A DNA stretch of 48,442 bases, filler included, from Jimgerdemannia flammicorona (taxonomy: Eukaryota), in assembly GCA_003990765.1 (NCBI GenBank). It is 2 parts of 2 records of this genome, joined end to end, with 100 filler letters (N's around TTAATTAATTAA, not from the genome) between each part and the next. Parts side by side here need not be neighbours in the genome. Positions count along the whole stretch, not along the records: positions 24,277 to 48,442 come from RBNJ01001013.1; 1 more part is not named here. One strand, given 5' to 3'. Below, in pieces: positions 47,301-48,442 of the stretch. A program made the position numbers and the translations under genes. Below the pieces are notes generated by a model. It was not told where the DNA came from. It searched no databases and saw only the letters and a program-made list of their open reading frames with translations. The first letter of the stretch is position 1. Each line of letters opens with the position of its first letter.

Positions 47301-48158
47301 TCCTTGGGAAAGATGAATCGCTCGCTCGAATTCTCCTGGAACTCGAATACGACATCGTAATGCTCAATCACGCGCCTCTCACCCGTCATCATATCGTTGA
47401 AGGCGGTCAGGGGCAGAGGCAAGATCGCTTGGCCCGCAACCGGGTCCTGCGCGGCCGTCTCGATCGCCCAAGGGGTAACAAAAACTGTTTGAACGGCTGC
47501 TATCTCTGCGGCAGCCTGGTCGTTCATAGGTGTGCTCGACGATTCTGTAGACGGTGCCGGCGTCAATGCCTGGGTTGCGGGATGTGGGGTTTCGGTGCGC
47601 TGTTGTTCCTCCGTGAGTGACTGTTCTGTGGCGACAGTGACTTGATGGGGCGGTTGCGGCGAATTCGGTACAATCTCCATGGGTTGAGCCTCGCTCGTTT
47701 TCTCCTCCGCGTCAGGAATTTGCGTCGCTCTGGCTTGATCACCCGTTGGCACGACCGACATGTTGGTCAGCGTGGTGACCGCGGTGATGGGGTTCGCGCC
47801 ACCCTGCTCCGTCGTCGGCACGACCGATATGTTGGCGAGCGTGGTGGTGGCGCTCGTCTCCAGTGGGTGGGTGGGGTTTACCGAGTCCGGCTCGCCCGTC
47901 GACGACTGCGGCAAGGGTGCCGGGGACACGACAGGTTCCTCGATGACCTCCGTACGCATCGCCTCGTAGAAGGTAGTCTCGTGGAAGGTGTGCGGGCCAA
48001 TAGTCAGGGTGCAAACGCCAAGGGGTCTCATGCAAGGCCATTTCTTGCGCGAGTGATTGCTGCGCTTGGGCTGCTGGATAGGATCTGGGCGGTATTTCTG
48101 GAAGATAGAGTTGGTCCAGGCTTGGCGAGACTGCATGAGCGAGAGGAGGAGAACCCCG
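44333..48158 (-). CDS. Swc3-like domain + GATA zinc finger + C-terminal beta-rich domain; 5' end unresolved (exons 48158-47261, 47032-46835, 46684-46613, 46475-46334, 46196-45525, 45423-45295, 45201-44333)
   Basis: GATA finger [30 protein letters not shown]. Swc3-like blocks [64 protein letters not shown] and HQATTVRV. All six introns are GT-AG and frame-consistent. Confidence 0.85.
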
Positions 48159-48442
48159 CTGAGACGGAGAATATTTACAGGTTAGTTATTGGAATGTGGT
48201 ATACATTTTTCAAGTCTGGACGCGGCCGCAAGCGCTTTATGGTGAAATGCAATTCTCATTCCACGGAGTAGTGCCTTGAACTTTAACCACGAACTTCACA
48301 GTGCGATAGTCGGGATCAAGTCTTTCATGCGCCTGTGCCAACTCCCGAAATGTCGCGTGCGTATTTTTTCCGTGCCCGGTTTTGTCGATGTCGCGTGCAC
48401 GGTGTTATCTTTTGTAAATGCACCCATTTTCTTTTTTTCTTT

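Noticed and set aside
47081..48271. Long plus-strand ORFs (179 and 209 aa)
   Set aside because: Antisense shadows of the GC-rich Swc3-like exon.
1..48442. tRNA, rRNA or other ncRNA genes
   Set aside because: None recognisable by eye; a covariance-model search (Infernal, tRNAscan-SE) would be needed to exclude small ones.

Overview
Eukaryotic, intron-rich fungal DNA. An early-diverging Mucoromycota-type genome is my inference from gene content and intron style, not a database result. The left ~22 kb is a nested, CpG-depleted transposon island. It holds two related Ty3/Gypsy LTR retrotransposons that carry dUTPase: A on the minus strand (internally deleted, 1.6-kb LTRs) and B on the plus strand (full length, 496-bp LTRs, 4-bp TSD). 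It also holds a solo A-LTR, a relic B-like element, a heavily eroded Ty1/Copia and hAT-like DNA elements. The right part is ordinary gene space: MED8, 5' DPB2, an artificial N/TTAATTAATTAA contig join, 3' FCP1, NSE2/MMS21, an RGS/Rax1-like gene, VPS28, a LINE fragment, a small zinc-finger ORF and a Swc3-like/GATA zinc-finger gene. Main points of interest: (1) these Gypsy elements carry an unrecognised accessory protein family after integrase and, in family A, as a ~272-codon ORF inside the LTR U3 region; (2) paired LTRs differ only by C/T and G/A transitions, many outside CpG, a RIP-like signature; (3) a Swc3-like domain is fused to a GATA finger; (4) an intact solitary ORF carries a DIRS/Ngaro-gag-like zinc finger. 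All counts and alignments were done by eye.
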